Notes under the pieces: generated by a model
The model's input: only the letters and a program-made list of their open reading frames with translations
Databases searched by the model: none
What the model was told of the DNA's origin: nothing
Part shown: piece by piece, positions 46,261-55,910 of the stretch
How positions within the stretch are numbered: the first letter of the stretch is position 1
Layout of the letters: each line of letters opens with the position of its first letter
Position numbers and translations under genes: made by a program
NCBI GenBank assembly: GCA_004297735.1
Contig: SCTI01000002.1
Coordinates: forward strand, 128,160 to 192,159
Direction: 5' to 3'
From: Patescibacteria group bacterium
GTDB lineage: Bacteria; Patescibacteriota; Saccharimonadia; UBA4664; SCTI01
Length of the DNA: 64,000 nt

Positions 46261-46384
46261 AGCCTATCGCAGCCACCTTTTGGCCCACAAGCAAGCCAAG
46301 ACCAAGCGAACTTACGTTAAGGAGTTCGAGGTTTCAGCTGGTGACGCCAGTAATATTAAAAAGATGTTGGCCGGCTACCGCTAA
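46184..46384 (+). CDS. rpmI: 50S ribosomal protein L35
   Basis: The sequence reads MPKMKTHKGMAKRIKLSGSGKMLRRKAY. Confidence 0.85.
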   Translation: MPKMKTHKGMAKRIKLSGSGKMLRRKAYRSHLLAHKQAKTKRTYVKEFEVSAGDASNIKKMLAGYR

Positions 46385-46412
46385 GCCGATCTAGATAGGT
46401 TCAGGAGAGATA

Positions 46413-46763
46413 ATGAGAGTTAAACGCGGAGTTACCACTCACGCCAAGCACAAAAAGCTACGACAGCAGACCAAGGGCATGAGCCACATGCGCCGCGCCA
46501 GTGTGCGCCAGGCTCGCCAGGCGGTACTAAAGGCGCTGTCTTACGCCTACCGCGACCGTCGCAACAAGAAGCGTGATCTGCGCCAGCTCTGGATTGTGCG
46601 CATTAACGCCGGGTTAAATGCTCATAATATTTCGTACAGCCGGTTTATTAACCAGCTAAAGAAGGCCAACATTGAGCTGGATCGTAAGATCCTGGCAGAG
46701 CTGGCCGCCCGCCAGCCGGCTGCCTTTGGCGCCGTGGTTGAGGCCGCTAAGAAGGCTAAGTAA
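46413..46763 (+). CDS. rplT: 50S ribosomal protein L20
   Basis: The sequence reads [23 protein letters not shown]...[20 protein letters not shown]. Confidence 0.9.
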   Translation: MRVKRGVTTHAKHKKLRQQTKGMSHMRRASVRQARQAVLKALSYAYRDRRNKKRDLRQLWIVRINAGLNAHNISYSRFINQLKKANIELDRKILAELAARQPAAFGAVVEAAKKAK

Positions 46764-46808
46764 TTTTTTAGCCCTTTTACCTCGCCGAGCTCTAGCCAAA
46801 CTACTACG

Positions 46809-46863
46809 AAAAACACTCTAATTTAGTAGGTAAATTTTTTTACTACCTAAATTAGAGTGTTTT
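46809..46863. repeat. Palindromic intergenic repeat element, copy 2 of 2
   Basis: The sequence is gaaaaacactctaatttagtaggtaaatttttttactacctaaattagagtgtttt. It has 17-bp perfect terminal inverted arms and the same core as 31779-31829. Confidence 0.55.
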
Positions 46864-46939
46864 GCTGTTACTTAAGGTCTGCGAGAACTGCTTCGGCTCA
46901 GTCATAATTTATTTATTATCTAAATATTTGAAAATTTAA

Positions 46940-48049
46940 CTAATTCTTAACCTGTTGGTTAACAAAATTTTTAATTTTTTTGATAAATACTGATTCATCA
47001 TAGCCGGCTGCGTGTTTACGGATTTTAACCGAATCGTAATCATCAGGGTTGAAATTCTTAAGCGCTTGCGCCAACGAGTCAACGGTCTGCTCCTTAAAGA
47101 AGGTGCCGGTCGTGCCCTCAACCACTGTCTCGGTCGCTCCCCCTTTGCCGTAGGCAATTACGGGCGTGCCACAGGCCATGGCCTCGAGTGGAGTTAAGCC
47201 AAAGTCCTCCTCGGCCGTAAACAAAAAGGCTTCGGCGCGAGCCAATTGCTGCGCCACTCCCTCATCATCCAGGCGTCCAACAAACCGAATGGTTGGGCCG
47301 GCCATATCCTCAAGCTTACTTAGCTCACTACCTCCACCAATCACGGTAAGTGGCAAGCCCAGCTTGGTGCAGGCCTGAACCGCCAGATCGACTCGCTTGT
47401 ACGGAATTAACCGCGATACCACCACAAAGCCACTGCGGGTCTGGCGGCCGAGCTCAAAGCGGTCTAACTCGATTGGCGGATTAATCACCTCCGAATCCCG
47501 CCGGTAGTACTTGGTGATACGCTGCTGTACATACTGGGAGTTAGCGATAAAGTGATCAACTCGCTGGGCAGCCGCAAAATCCCATAGGCGCATCTTGCGC
47601 ACCAAACCCGGCATAACCAGGCGAACCAGTGGCGATAGCAGGCCAAAACCGGTGGCATTGCGATATTTAGCGTAATCGCTCCAATAATAGCGGGTTGGGG
47701 TGTGCAAGTAGCAGACGTGGGCGGTTTCCGGCTTGGTAATAACCCCCTTGGACTCGGCTGAGCAGGATGAGATCACGACGTCGTAACCGCTAAAGTCGAA
47801 TGACTCAAAGGCCATGGTGCGAAGTATTGGATAGAGCTGGTGCTTTCGCTTGGCTAGAGGCCAGTGCTGCAAAAATGAGGTGCGCACATCCGCATCTTTA
47901 AACTGCGGCAAAGCCTCGGCATCGTATACCGAGGTATAGATTGGTGCATCGGGGTAAGCTTGGTGCAGCGCCCACACCACTCGCTCTCCCCCTCCCTGAT
48001 TGGTCAACCAGTCATGGACAATTGCCACTTTAAGATTTTTTGCTGCCAC
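46940..48049 (-). CDS. Family 4 glycosyltransferase
   Basis: The N-terminus reads MAAKNLKVAIVHDWLTNQGGGERVV. The C-terminal EX7E-type GT-B region reads FTAEEDFGLTPLEAMACGTPVIA. Confidence 0.75.
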   Translation of the reverse strand: MAAKNLKVAIVHDWLTNQGGGERVVWALHQAYPDAPIYTSVYDAEALPQFKDADVRTSFLQHWPLAKRKHQLYPILRTMAFESFDFSGYDVVISSCSAESKGVITKPETAHVCYLHTPTRYYWSDYAKYRNATGFGLLSPLVRLVMPGLVRKMRLWDFAAAQRVDHFIANSQYVQQRITKYYRRDSEVINPPIELDRFELGRQTRSGFVVVSRLIPYKRVDLAVQACTKLGLPLTVIGGGSELSKLEDMAGPTIRFVGRLDDEGVAQQLARAEAFLFTAEEDFGLTPLEAMACGTPVIAYGKGGATETVVEGTTGTFFKEQTVDSLAQALKNFNPDDYDSVKIRKHAAGYDESVFIKKIKNFVNQQVKN

Positions 48050-49503
48050 TAGTACGCCCCCTTGCCGGTCATAATAATATATATGGTCCTTAAGATAATC
48101 TTAATATCTAGCAGAAGGCTCCAGTTTTCGATGTAGTACATATCAAGCTTAACCCGTTCTTCATAACCAATATCATTGCGGCCAGACACCTGCCACAAAC
48201 CGGTTAAACCAGGTCGAAGTGCCAGCAAGGTTGAGCGGTCCTTGCCGTAGCGGTCCAGTTCGTCCTTAACGATAGGTCGGGGGCCAACCAGGCTGATGTC
48301 GCCACGCAGAATATTAAACAGCTGCGGCAGCTCATCGAGGCTGGTACGGCGCAAAAAGTCGCCAAACCGGCTAACACGAGGGTCATTCTTAACCTTTTGT
48401 TCACGTTTGAACTCATCGATCAGATCCTGGCGGCCAAGCATCTCAAGCACCTCAACCGGTGTCTTGCCACGGTACTTTCCGGTAGAAAAGCGCTGGCGCA
48501 TGGTACGGAACTTGTAAACGTAAATAGCCTTGCCCTCGCGGCTCAACCGACGGTGGCGGAAAAATACCGGGCCGGCGTCGGTCAGCTTAATTAACAGCGC
48601 GATAACCACAAACAAAGGCGAAAGCACAATCAGCCCAAGTAGCGATGAAGCCAGATCGAAGCCGCGTTTAACGATTCTCCCCCACCCATCAAGCGGGGTT
48701 GGCTTCATTGCCACCATGGGCATACCAGCCAGAGTGCCCAACTGGGCGTTGGTCGCAAAAATACCAAACTGGTTTGGCACAAAACGGTAGGTTATATGGT
48801 TACGAGCAGCAAACTGCACCACCTCAAACACCTCGTCGGGATTGAGGTGAGAGTCGGCCTGAATAATCTGATCGATATGTTGATTTTTTAACCGATTTTT
48901 AAGGTTGGTTAAGGAGCGATCAACCAAAACCGGGCGCATTCGTTGCGATGCCCCGCTGGCGGTATCGAGCGCGCCAATAATCTTAAAGCCGGTCTGGGCC
49001 GACCGCGACAATGTTTGAACCAGGCGCTGAGCCAAAGGCCCACTCCCGACTATGACGGTTTGGTAAACTCCGATGTTCGCCCTAAACAGGCGCCGCTGAA
49101 TTGCCCGAATAATAACCCGCCCAAGCATCACTGTAACCAGGGCTATGCCGTAAGCATAAATTGGTACCGCCTTAGACGGAAAGATTGGGCTAGGGCTAAC
49201 AAAATCCAACACAATCATGAACATGACGCCACCGCTAACCCCCACAAACACCTTACCGGCCTCCTGTAAGCGGCTACGTAAGCTAGATTGATTGTATAGA
49301 CCGGTTAAGGCAAAGATCAGAATCCAGACCGGGATAATTAGTAAAAATACCTGCAAAAAGAACTCGATTCCCAGTGGGTAGGTTACTGGGCGAGCCTCAA
49401 TCTTAACGCGAATGGCGTAGGCGGCGATAAAAGCTGACAAAATTGCCGCAAAATCGATCGGAAGAAGTAACAGACTAAACAGTAATTCGCTGCGTTTTCG
49501 CAT
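48049..49503 (-). CDS. Polyprenyl-phosphate sugar-1-phosphate transferase (WbaP/bacterial sugar transferase family)
   Basis: The C-terminal Bac_transf block reads KRGFDLASSLLGLIVLSPLFVVIALLIKLTDAGPVFFRHRRLSREGKAIYVYKFRTM...LVGPRP. The N-terminal domain is polytopic. Confidence 0.8.
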   Translation of the reverse strand: MRKRSELLFSLLLLPIDFAAILSAFIAAYAIRVKIEARPVTYPLGIEFFLQVFLLIIPVWILIFALTGLYNQSSLRSRLQEAGKVFVGVSGGVMFMIVLDFVSPSPIFPSKAVPIYAYGIALVTVMLGRVIIRAIQRRLFRANIGVYQTVIVGSGPLAQRLVQTLSRSAQTGFKIIGALDTASGASQRMRPVLVDRSLTNLKNRLKNQHIDQIIQADSHLNPDEVFEVVQFAARNHITYRFVPNQFGIFATNAQLGTLAGMPMVAMKPTPLDGWGRIVKRGFDLASSLLGLIVLSPLFVVIALLIKLTDAGPVFFRHRRLSREGKAIYVYKFRTMRQRFSTGKYRGKTPVEVLEMLGRQDLIDEFKREQKVKNDPRVSRFGDFLRRTSLDELPQLFNILRGDISLVGPRPIVKDELDRYGKDRSTLLALRPGLTGLWQVSGRNDIGYEERVKLDMYYIENWSLLLDIKIILRTIYIIMTGKGAY

Positions 49504-49599
49504 TGTTGGGTTTTAATTACCTTAAGGTTAAATATCTAGATATATTGTAGCAGGAATTGATCAAAAAAGGCCTCTGCCGCGTATGGCGAGACCTGCTTT

Positions 49600-49990
49600 G
49601 ATTTGAGACTACCTATAAGCCGGATTCTGTCCCCCGCAAAGCGGATGGATGATCATCTATCTTGGCTACCTGTCACCAGGTGGCTCGTGCGGTTCATGCT
49701 GGTCCAGGCGAGCAACCTATAGACCAGCCACCTTGCAGTGGACGGGGTTTACCTCCTCCCAAAGTCACCAGAGGGAGCTGTGGGCTCTTACCCCACTCGT
49801 TTCATCCTTACCTGGACGAACCAGGCGGTATCGTTTCTGTGGCACTTTCCCTAGACTTGGCAGCGATGTTCTCTCGAGAGGAACACCGCCAGCTTACATC
49901 TGGTTGCGGTTAGCAACCGTCCTGCTCTGTACTGTCCGGACTTTCCTCCCCTGCCTTACGGCTCAGGCGATCATCCAGTAGTCTCAGTGG
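49600..49990 (-). ncRNA. rnpB: RNase P RNA (rnpB)
   Basis: The minus strand carries GGAGGAAAGUCCGGAC, AGGGAAAGUGCCACAGAAA, GGUAAACCCC and GGGGGACAGAAUCCGGCUUAU. P1 pairing is 5' GAGACUACU with 3' AGGUAGUCUC. A TATAAT -10 at 49995-50000 (minus) lies about 7 nt before the 5' end. Confidence 0.8.
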
Positions 49991-50031
49991 GGATATTATA
50001 CCGTTTTTGAGCCAAAAAAGCTAGGTTTTGG

Positions 50032-50472
50032 CTAAATATGGCCTAAGTGTTCGTCGAGCGCTTTATTAACCTCAATGTCGGCTAGCTTGTTCTCGGAGCG
50101 CAGGACGTGCTTAAAGGTGACCTCTAGGCCACCAACCTTCTTCATAATATCGGCATGCAGCGGCTGCAAATCAACATTCTTCACCTTATACTCCCCTCGC
50201 AGCTGCTTAACCACCAGCTCACTATCTAAAATAAGCTCGATTTTACTTGGCTTGTACTTTTTAGCCGCCGCCAAAGCACCAATCACCGCGGTATACTCGG
50301 CCTGATTATTGGTGGTCTCCCCAATATACCGACCAAATGACTCAATATGATCATCGTCCGGTGTAGAAATAACAACGCCAACCGCCGAAGGCCCCGGATT
50401 GCCACGGCTACCGCCATCGGTATGGATTACCAAATGCTTAATTTCGACAGGTGCGTTTAATAGATGTGCCAT
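50032..50472 (-). CDS. rnhA: Ribonuclease HI
   Basis: The sequence reads HTDGGSRGNPGPSAVGVVI...TNNQAEYTAVIGAL. Confidence 0.75.
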   Translation of the reverse strand: MAHLLNAPVEIKHLVIHTDGGSRGNPGPSAVGVVISTPDDDHIESFGRYIGETTNNQAEYTAVIGALAAAKKYKPSKIELILDSELVVKQLRGEYKVKNVDLQPLHADIMKKVGGLEVTFKHVLRSENKLADIEVNKALDEHLGHI

Positions 50473-50478
50473 ATGCTC

Positions 50479-51150
50479 CTATTGTACATGATGTGTTAGT
50501 TCGGCAAAGAATCGACTGCCGTCATACGATTGTACCAGTTTTAATAAATCCTTAACATTTGGCATGAAGTCGACACCATCAACCTCTTCTGGATGACGCC
50601 AAAAAGCCTCTCCGATATCTGATTTCTCGATTAGTTCGCCGGTTGGATTACTTCCATAAAACAGATGGAATAGAATCTCGCTCACCGGCTCGCCGTCCTC
50701 CATTGTGGTGGCGTAACCGTCACCATAGTGCTGCAAATCGGCCACCAAGCCGGTCTTTTCGCGTAGCTCCCGCTCCGCCGCCAGCTTAACGCCTTCGCCC
50801 AGATGAATCTTGCCGTAAGGGAAGCCAACCATATCAATGAGCGGCTGACGCTTGCGGCGGTAAAACAGCCAGCGCCCCTCACCGTCCTCTACTGCCATTA
50901 GGGTAACAATCCGAGGCTGCACCCTGGGAGTTAGCGACTTTAAGCTCAACCGGTCAGCGTACAGCTTGCCCTTTGAGGTCAATCGGTACAGGCCGTTCTT
51001 ACCCTGCTTTTCAACCAACCCATCCCGAATCAGCTGCTTAAGGTGATACATAAACAGATTACCCTCAATCTCACGCGGCTTCAGATCGGCATAACGCAGC
51101 TCCGGGTTTAAGATGAGCTGTTGTAAAATGTGTTGCTGCAATCGATGCAT
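50479..51150 (-). CDS. NUDIX hydrolase with an N-terminal winged-helix domain
   Basis: The Nudix box reads GKIHLGEGVKLAAERELREKTGL. The N-terminal wHTH-like segment reads LKQLIRDGLVEKQGKNGLYRLTSKG. Confidence 0.65.
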   Translation of the reverse strand: MHRLQQHILQQLILNPELRYADLKPREIEGNLFMYHLKQLIRDGLVEKQGKNGLYRLTSKGKLYADRLSLKSLTPRVQPRIVTLMAVEDGEGRWLFYRRKRQPLIDMVGFPYGKIHLGEGVKLAAERELREKTGLVADLQHYGDGYATTMEDGEPVSEILFHLFYGSNPTGELIEKSDIGEAFWRHPEEVDGVDFMPNVKDLLKLVQSYDGSRFFAELTHHVQ

Positions 51151-51239
51151 CGAGTAACTCCTGGTGCTTCCAGCATACTCTTGTTTGAGATTGAGTCAAA
51201 TTAATAACTCGAATGCTACTGAAATCAAAATGGGTGCAG

Positions 51240-51863
51240 TTAGCTTCTCTTGTTCCCAGATTGACCTGGGCCAGGAACTCTAAAGCCTAGATTATTTGCT
51301 CTTTCAATTTCTTCTGGCGTCATGCCGCATGCTTGCGCCTTTACAGCTATCGAAAGTTCCTTTATTTGCTTGGTCGCATAGTTACACGCTACCTTAGTTA
51401 ACTCCAAAAGTGTAGTGACCCCATCGGTTGTTGGGAAGGTGTGACTGATAAGAAAAGGCGCTATATCTAAAACCTTCCAATCGCCTTCTATTTTTGTGCA
51501 TACAATGCCAGTAGTATACTGTTCGTAAGCGTTTACCGAATGGGCAATCCGCTTACTTCTCATATCGACATAGAATTTATGCGCACCCAAAGGATCTCCA
51601 TTCAAGCCTTCATAGATAGATGGTTGCAAGCTTGCCCGAACGCCACCGTCAAAACATCTGGCATAAAAAACAACAGAAGCTACCCACAATGCTTCATCAA
51701 TAGGACTTAGGCTTTTATCGTCTTCTTTTAATGACTCCAAGTTACTCATAAGCAGGATTAGCCATGCAATTATTTTCTTTAAATCAACCTGAATAGAGTG
51801 CCACTCAGCTAATTCTTTAGCCTGTGGTGATTTCAACTCTTTCAATGGATGACCCTTAATCAT
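51240..51863 (-). CDS. Hypothetical AT-rich gene immediately downstream of the tRNA-Pro(GGG) 3' end; it has an Rx5H motif compatible with a HEPN-type domain
   Basis: It is 207 aa with lower GC than its neighbours. The motif reads YVDMRSKRIAHSVNAY, that is R-x5-H. Confidence 0.4.
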   Translation of the reverse strand: MIKGHPLKELKSPQAKELAEWHSIQVDLKKIIAWLILLMSNLESLKEDDKSLSPIDEALWVASVVFYARCFDGGVRASLQPSIYEGLNGDPLGAHKFYVDMRSKRIAHSVNAYEQYTTGIVCTKIEGDWKVLDIAPFLISHTFPTTDGVTTLLELTKVACNYATKQIKELSIAVKAQACGMTPEEIERANNLGFRVPGPGQSGNKRS

Positions 51864-51891
51864 AGCTTAGCGCCTCAATTTAATAATTCCT

Positions 51892-51965
51892 GGTCGGGGT
51901 GACAGGACTTGAACCTGCGACCTCCCGGCCCCCAGCCGGACGCGCTACCAACTGCGCCACACCCC
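51892..51965 (-). tRNA. tRNA-Pro (anticodon GGG)
   Basis: The minus strand reads CGGGGTGTGGCGCAGTTGGTAGCGCGTCCGGCTGGGGGCCGGGAGGTCGCAGGTTCAAGTCCTGTCACCCCGACCA. The anticodon loop is CTGGGGG. Confidence 0.85.
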
Positions 51966-52151
51966 GAAAAACAAGCTCCGCTACCCGGTAAGCCAGAGTT
52001 TTCTTCCCGCGATGTATGCAGGTGGGTGTCCTCAGCTACGCGGTCCTCGGACCGGAGCAATCTTAAACTCCCGTTAAAAAACTCGTAAAGAAAAAATAAA
52101 CTGGCCTACCAAAGCTGCAGAGCTTACTGGTATTGTAGCGAGTTTTACCGA

Positions 52152-52793
52152 CTAGGTCGACAGGCCGGTTAAACCTGGGACCAAGAACTGCATAATGCCG
52201 CCAACGATGGCACCGAAGATTGGCATAAAGACCGGTGCGGCCAGGAATAGTAGGAAGAAAATGATGAGCAGGCCATTTTGTTCGAGGCGGTCCATGACGT
52301 TACGGACACTTAGCGGCACAAAGGCATACAAGATGCGCGAACCGTCCAGGGGCGGAATTGGAATTAGGTTAAATACCGCAAAAGCGATGTTGATCGAAAT
52401 TACGGTGATGAAGAACGGCATTATTTGAGTCGAAGGCGTAAACAGCTGCAGGGCAACCGCAGTAATGACGGCGAGCAGCAGATTCATGGCTGGACCGGCG
52501 GCGGCAACGATGGCAACGCCGTATTTACCATACTTAACGGCCCAGGGGTTAAACGGTACCGGTCGGGCCGCCCCAAAGATAACCGGCGAGCCAATAACTA
52601 TGAGGATTAGGGGTAAAAGCACGGTCATGACCGGGTCGATATGGGTCAGCGGGTTAATACTAAGACGGCCCTCATTGCGAGCGGTGCGGTCTCCGAGTAG
52701 ATCGCTAGCCAGAGCATGAGCAAACTCATGCAGGGTTAGGGCAAGAATCAAGCCGATAATCAAAAAGCCAATGCCAACAGGGTTAAAATCCAT
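52152..52793 (-). CDS. Site-2 protease family (peptidase M50) membrane metalloprotease
   Basis: The HExxH motif LHEFAHAL sits in the first TM region. The protein is polytopic. Confidence 0.7.
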   Translation of the reverse strand: MDFNPVGIGFLIIGLILALTLHEFAHALASDLLGDRTARNEGRLSINPLTHIDPVMTVLLPLILIVIGSPVIFGAARPVPFNPWAVKYGKYGVAIVAAAGPAMNLLLAVITAVALQLFTPSTQIMPFFITVISINIAFAVFNLIPIPPLDGSRILYAFVPLSVRNVMDRLEQNGLLIIFFLLFLAAPVFMPIFGAIVGGIMQFLVPGLTGLST

Positions 52794-52896
52794 GTCATGA
52801 TTATACGTTGGGTTATCAGCTGGCGCTAGTTGACCTAACGGGTCTAATCTGATACTATATTCGGGTTGTTACGGAATTATTAAGGAGTTCAACGAC

Positions 52897-53130
52897 ATGG
52901 CGTACGCCTGTGACATTTGCGGTAAAGGCAAGCAGTTCGGCCACAATGTTCCCTTCTCCCAGAAGAAGACGAACAAGGTGTGGAAGCCGAATCTTCAGCG
53001 TACCCGAATTGAGCTCGATGGCACCAAGGTACGGGTAAAGATCTGCACCCAGTGCATGCGCACCTTGGCCAAGTACCGCGATAAAGCGGTTGAAAAGGCC
53101 GAAGCGCCTAAAGCCGAAGCCAAGGCTTAA
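52897..53130 (+). CDS. rpmB: 50S ribosomal protein L28
   Basis: The sequence reads MAYACDICGKGKQFGHNVPFSQKKTNKVWKPNLQ. Confidence 0.8.
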   Translation: MAYACDICGKGKQFGHNVPFSQKKTNKVWKPNLQRTRIELDGTKVRVKICTQCMRTLAKYRDKAVEKAEAPKAEAKA

Positions 53131-53132
53131 TT

Positions 53133-53160
53133 AAAAAACCGCCCAGTGAGGCGGTTTTTT
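53133..53160 (+). terminator. Intrinsic terminator after rpmB
   Basis: The sequence is aaaaaaccgcc-cagtga-ggcggtttttt. Confidence 0.7.
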
Positions 53161-53178
53161 AATATCTGCTGGAGGCAA

Positions 53179-53751
53179 CTAACTCTGAGGCTGCAACACC
53201 ACTACGGTAGTTTCAAGCGGCAGGTCCTTGCTGGTAAGCTTGAGCTTTGGCTGTGGCTCAGGGCTAGACCCAACCTCTTTTAAGAAGGCCTCAAGAACGC
53301 CATCGTAGTTAATTGGCACCACATAGTTGGGCTCTAGTTGGCTAACAATCTTGGTGGCAGTAGCTGGGCTTAGCTCCGCCTCCCCCCCTTTGAGGGAAAA
53401 GACCAGTACATCGATGCCGCCAAGTGCCTCAATCTGCCCATTGGTCAACTCGGCCGTAACCGAACCTAGCAGCCCGACTCGAATCCCGTCAACCGATACG
53501 GCGTATAGAGTGGATTCGTCGGCGGTAGCGACAGCGGTAATCATTGAGCCCTTAATTTCGTACTCGCCTGGACCATCAAACAGGCGGCCGGCGGTCTTAA
53601 CCGACTTTTCGGCGGCACGAGTCAACAAAGTGGTATCGACCACGCCCTTAACATCACCCCCGGGCTGGCCGGTTGGCGAAGGGTCGCACAATACAGTTAC
53701 CTGCTTGCCAACAACCTTAACGCAGTTCATTCCAATAAATGTGACTTCCAT
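53179..53751 (-). CDS. MBL-fold-like protein lacking the HxHxDH motif, function unknown
   Basis: The N-terminus MEVTFIGMNCVKVVGKQVTVLCDP and the C-terminus VVPINYD resemble the UPF0173-type beta-lactamase fold. No zinc-binding His motif is visible. Confidence 0.35.
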   Translation of the reverse strand: MEVTFIGMNCVKVVGKQVTVLCDPSPTGQPGGDVKGVVDTTLLTRAAEKSVKTAGRLFDGPGEYEIKGSMITAVATADESTLYAVSVDGIRVGLLGSVTAELTNGQIEALGGIDVLVFSLKGGEAELSPATATKIVSQLEPNYVVPINYDGVLEAFLKEVGSSPEPQPKLKLTSKDLPLETTVVVLQPQS

Positions 53752-53778
53752 ACTATCTCCTACCTTTATTCTAAACGC

Positions 53779-54438
53779 CTACCGGCTTTTAATCTCTACC
53801 GGAACTGCCACCTCGGCCACATCACCCTCTAGCGCTGCCGGGGCCGGCTTAACCTTGGTGTTGGTTTCATCAACCAGCATTATCTTCTTCGCCCCCAACA
53901 CATTCGACAAAAAGCGGTCGTTGAGGCGCTGGCGATAGCCAAACTCCTCTGGGGTCATAACGGTGTAGTTAATCTCTCGACCCAACTCTTGTTCCATCTC
54001 GGTAACCAACTTGGACACGCGAGATCGATTAAGGTCGCCCATTAAAAAGAGGTCGATGTTTACGCTAGGGTCACGAACAAAACTGCCGGTTTCAAAAGCC
54101 AGCTGCACCTTACCGGTGGCACGAAGCTTTTTAATTAGGTCATTATCTTGCTGAGCGTCATGTAGATCTGGCTCATCTAGCGTTACGTTGGTAAAAATAG
54201 CGCGCAGCGGGGCGTAAAACTGATAGTCTTGGTCGACCTCGTAGTAGAGCTTGTTGTTGTTACCCTCACTGCGAATGATGCCAATTGCCAGCAGATTAGA
54301 TAGTTCGCGGCGGACCGAGTTAATCTGCTCGTCAACCTTACGAGTGATTTCGCGAACATAGTACGGCCGATTGGGGTTGTTATAAAACAGGCTGAGCAAC
54401 TTGACGCGCGTCTTTGAGCCAAACAAACTTTCGAACAC
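53779..54438 (-). CDS. Winged-helix DNA-binding protein with a C-terminal nucleotidyltransferase-like region
   Basis: The N-terminus KVKLLSLFYNNPNRPYYVREITRKVDEQINSVRRELSNLLAIGII is an ArsR/wHTH-like pattern. Confidence 0.4.
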   Translation of the reverse strand: MFESLFGSKTRVKLLSLFYNNPNRPYYVREITRKVDEQINSVRRELSNLLAIGIIRSEGNNNKLYYEVDQDYQFYAPLRAIFTNVTLDEPDLHDAQQDNDLIKKLRATGKVQLAFETGSFVRDPSVNIDLFLMGDLNRSRVSKLVTEMEQELGREINYTVMTPEEFGYRQRLNDRFLSNVLGAKKIMLVDETNTKVKPAPAALEGDVAEVAVPVEIKSR

Positions 54439-54573
54439 TTAAACCTCTTCGTTAATCTACCGCCTTACTAAAAAGCATTATATCTTATTGCTCACCCCAC
54501 GGGAACCATCTTTGCACACAAAAGTACCTCAACCAATGTATTCAATTTAATTTAGATCTAAGATTAGTTCAGT

Positions 54574-55854
54574 TTAGTGCAGTAATAAGGTGGCGAGGCC
54601 TAAAAAGACAAAGAAGCCGCAGACGTCGGTGGCGGTGGTAATAAAGATGGTCGCCGAGGAGGCCGGGTCTTTGCGGAGCGCCTTCATTATCATCGGGATA
54701 GCGGCTCCAAATAGACCGGCAATTAGCAGGTTGGCCACCATCGCGACAGCCAGTACCAAACCCAGCATTGGGTTGTGATTGAACAAGATTGCTACCGCCG
54801 CCACAATAATACCGTTGATAATACCGTTGATGGTACCGGCGATCATCTCGTTGCTAATAAACCGCCAGCCGGTGCGCAGGTCGATTTCGCGCAAAGTTAA
54901 TCCGCGAATAGCCACCGCCAGGGTTTGAGTACCGGCGTTACCACCCATACCGGCCACAATTGGCATGTAAACCGCCAGCAACACAAACTTGTCGAGAGTG
55001 GCCTCAAACAAGCCCACCACCGAGGCCGCCAAAAAAGCGGTGCCTAGGTTAATAATTAGCCACTTATAGCGATACTTAACCTTGGTTAAAGCGCTATCGT
55101 AGGCATCCTCTTCGCGAGTAACACCGGCAAACTTGTACAGACCGCCGGGGCCCCGATCGTGAATTAAAGGAATAATATCATCGGTATTAATGACACCGAG
55201 CACCGCGCGATCATCGTCAACCACCGCCAGTTTGTCGTGAGGGTGCCGTAAAAATGACTGCACCACCTTGTGCTCAGGGCTGTTGTAAGGCAAGGTTGAG
55301 ATCTTTTTTATCTTTGGCAGAACATGCTGGGAGGGCCTTGCCCGAATCAGCTCAAACCCTGGCAGCTCCCCCAGCAAGTGACCGTCGTCAACCACCAATA
55401 TGGTCGGGAACTTACCGGTGGCATGCTCCTCGCGCTCCAGGATCTTAGAAACATCGGCAAACCGGCTGTTTTCAGGAATGACGATGTAGTTAAGATTCAT
55501 TAAGCCGGCGGCAGCTCTTGGGTTAAAGCGCAGTAGGTACTCTACCTTATCGCGAGCATTGACGTTGAGTTTTTCGAGGATGTGCTCCGCCCGCTTAACA
55601 TCAACCCGGCGCATCAGCCTGGCCGACTGCTGCGGATCAAGGTAGTTTAAGATGTCGATCAGCTCCTGGTCGTTAATGCGCGACATGATGTAGCGCTGCA
55701 CCTTAGGGCTGAGGCTCAATAGCGCCATGCCCTGATCGGCCTGCGGTATACGTCGAAACAGGTCTAAGCGGTTGCGGCGAGAGTATGATAACTCTCGCTT
55801 AATTGATTCGTGCGGTTGTTGGCTCGGTTGGCTCATATAAGTTTTGGTGCCCAC
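54574..55854 (-). CDS. mgtE: Magnesium transporter MgtE
   Basis: It has an MgtE N-domain, a CBS pair and 5 C-terminal TM helices (ATDVCGFFVFLGLATLLL). Confidence 0.8.
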   Translation of the reverse strand: MGTKTYMSQPSQQPHESIKRELSYSRRNRLDLFRRIPQADQGMALLSLSPKVQRYIMSRINDQELIDILNYLDPQQSARLMRRVDVKRAEHILEKLNVNARDKVEYLLRFNPRAAAGLMNLNYIVIPENSRFADVSKILEREEHATGKFPTILVVDDGHLLGELPGFELIRARPSQHVLPKIKKISTLPYNSPEHKVVQSFLRHPHDKLAVVDDDRAVLGVINTDDIIPLIHDRGPGGLYKFAGVTREEDAYDSALTKVKYRYKWLIINLGTAFLAASVVGLFEATLDKFVLLAVYMPIVAGMGGNAGTQTLAVAIRGLTLREIDLRTGWRFISNEMIAGTINGIINGIIVAAVAILFNHNPMLGLVLAVAMVANLLIAGLFGAAIPMIMKALRKDPASSATIFITTATDVCGFFVFLGLATLLLH

Positions 55855-55910
55855 TCTCTCTTGGAATAATATTACCGCTTATGGTTAGGCGTGTCTACTT
55901 TATGGGCAGT

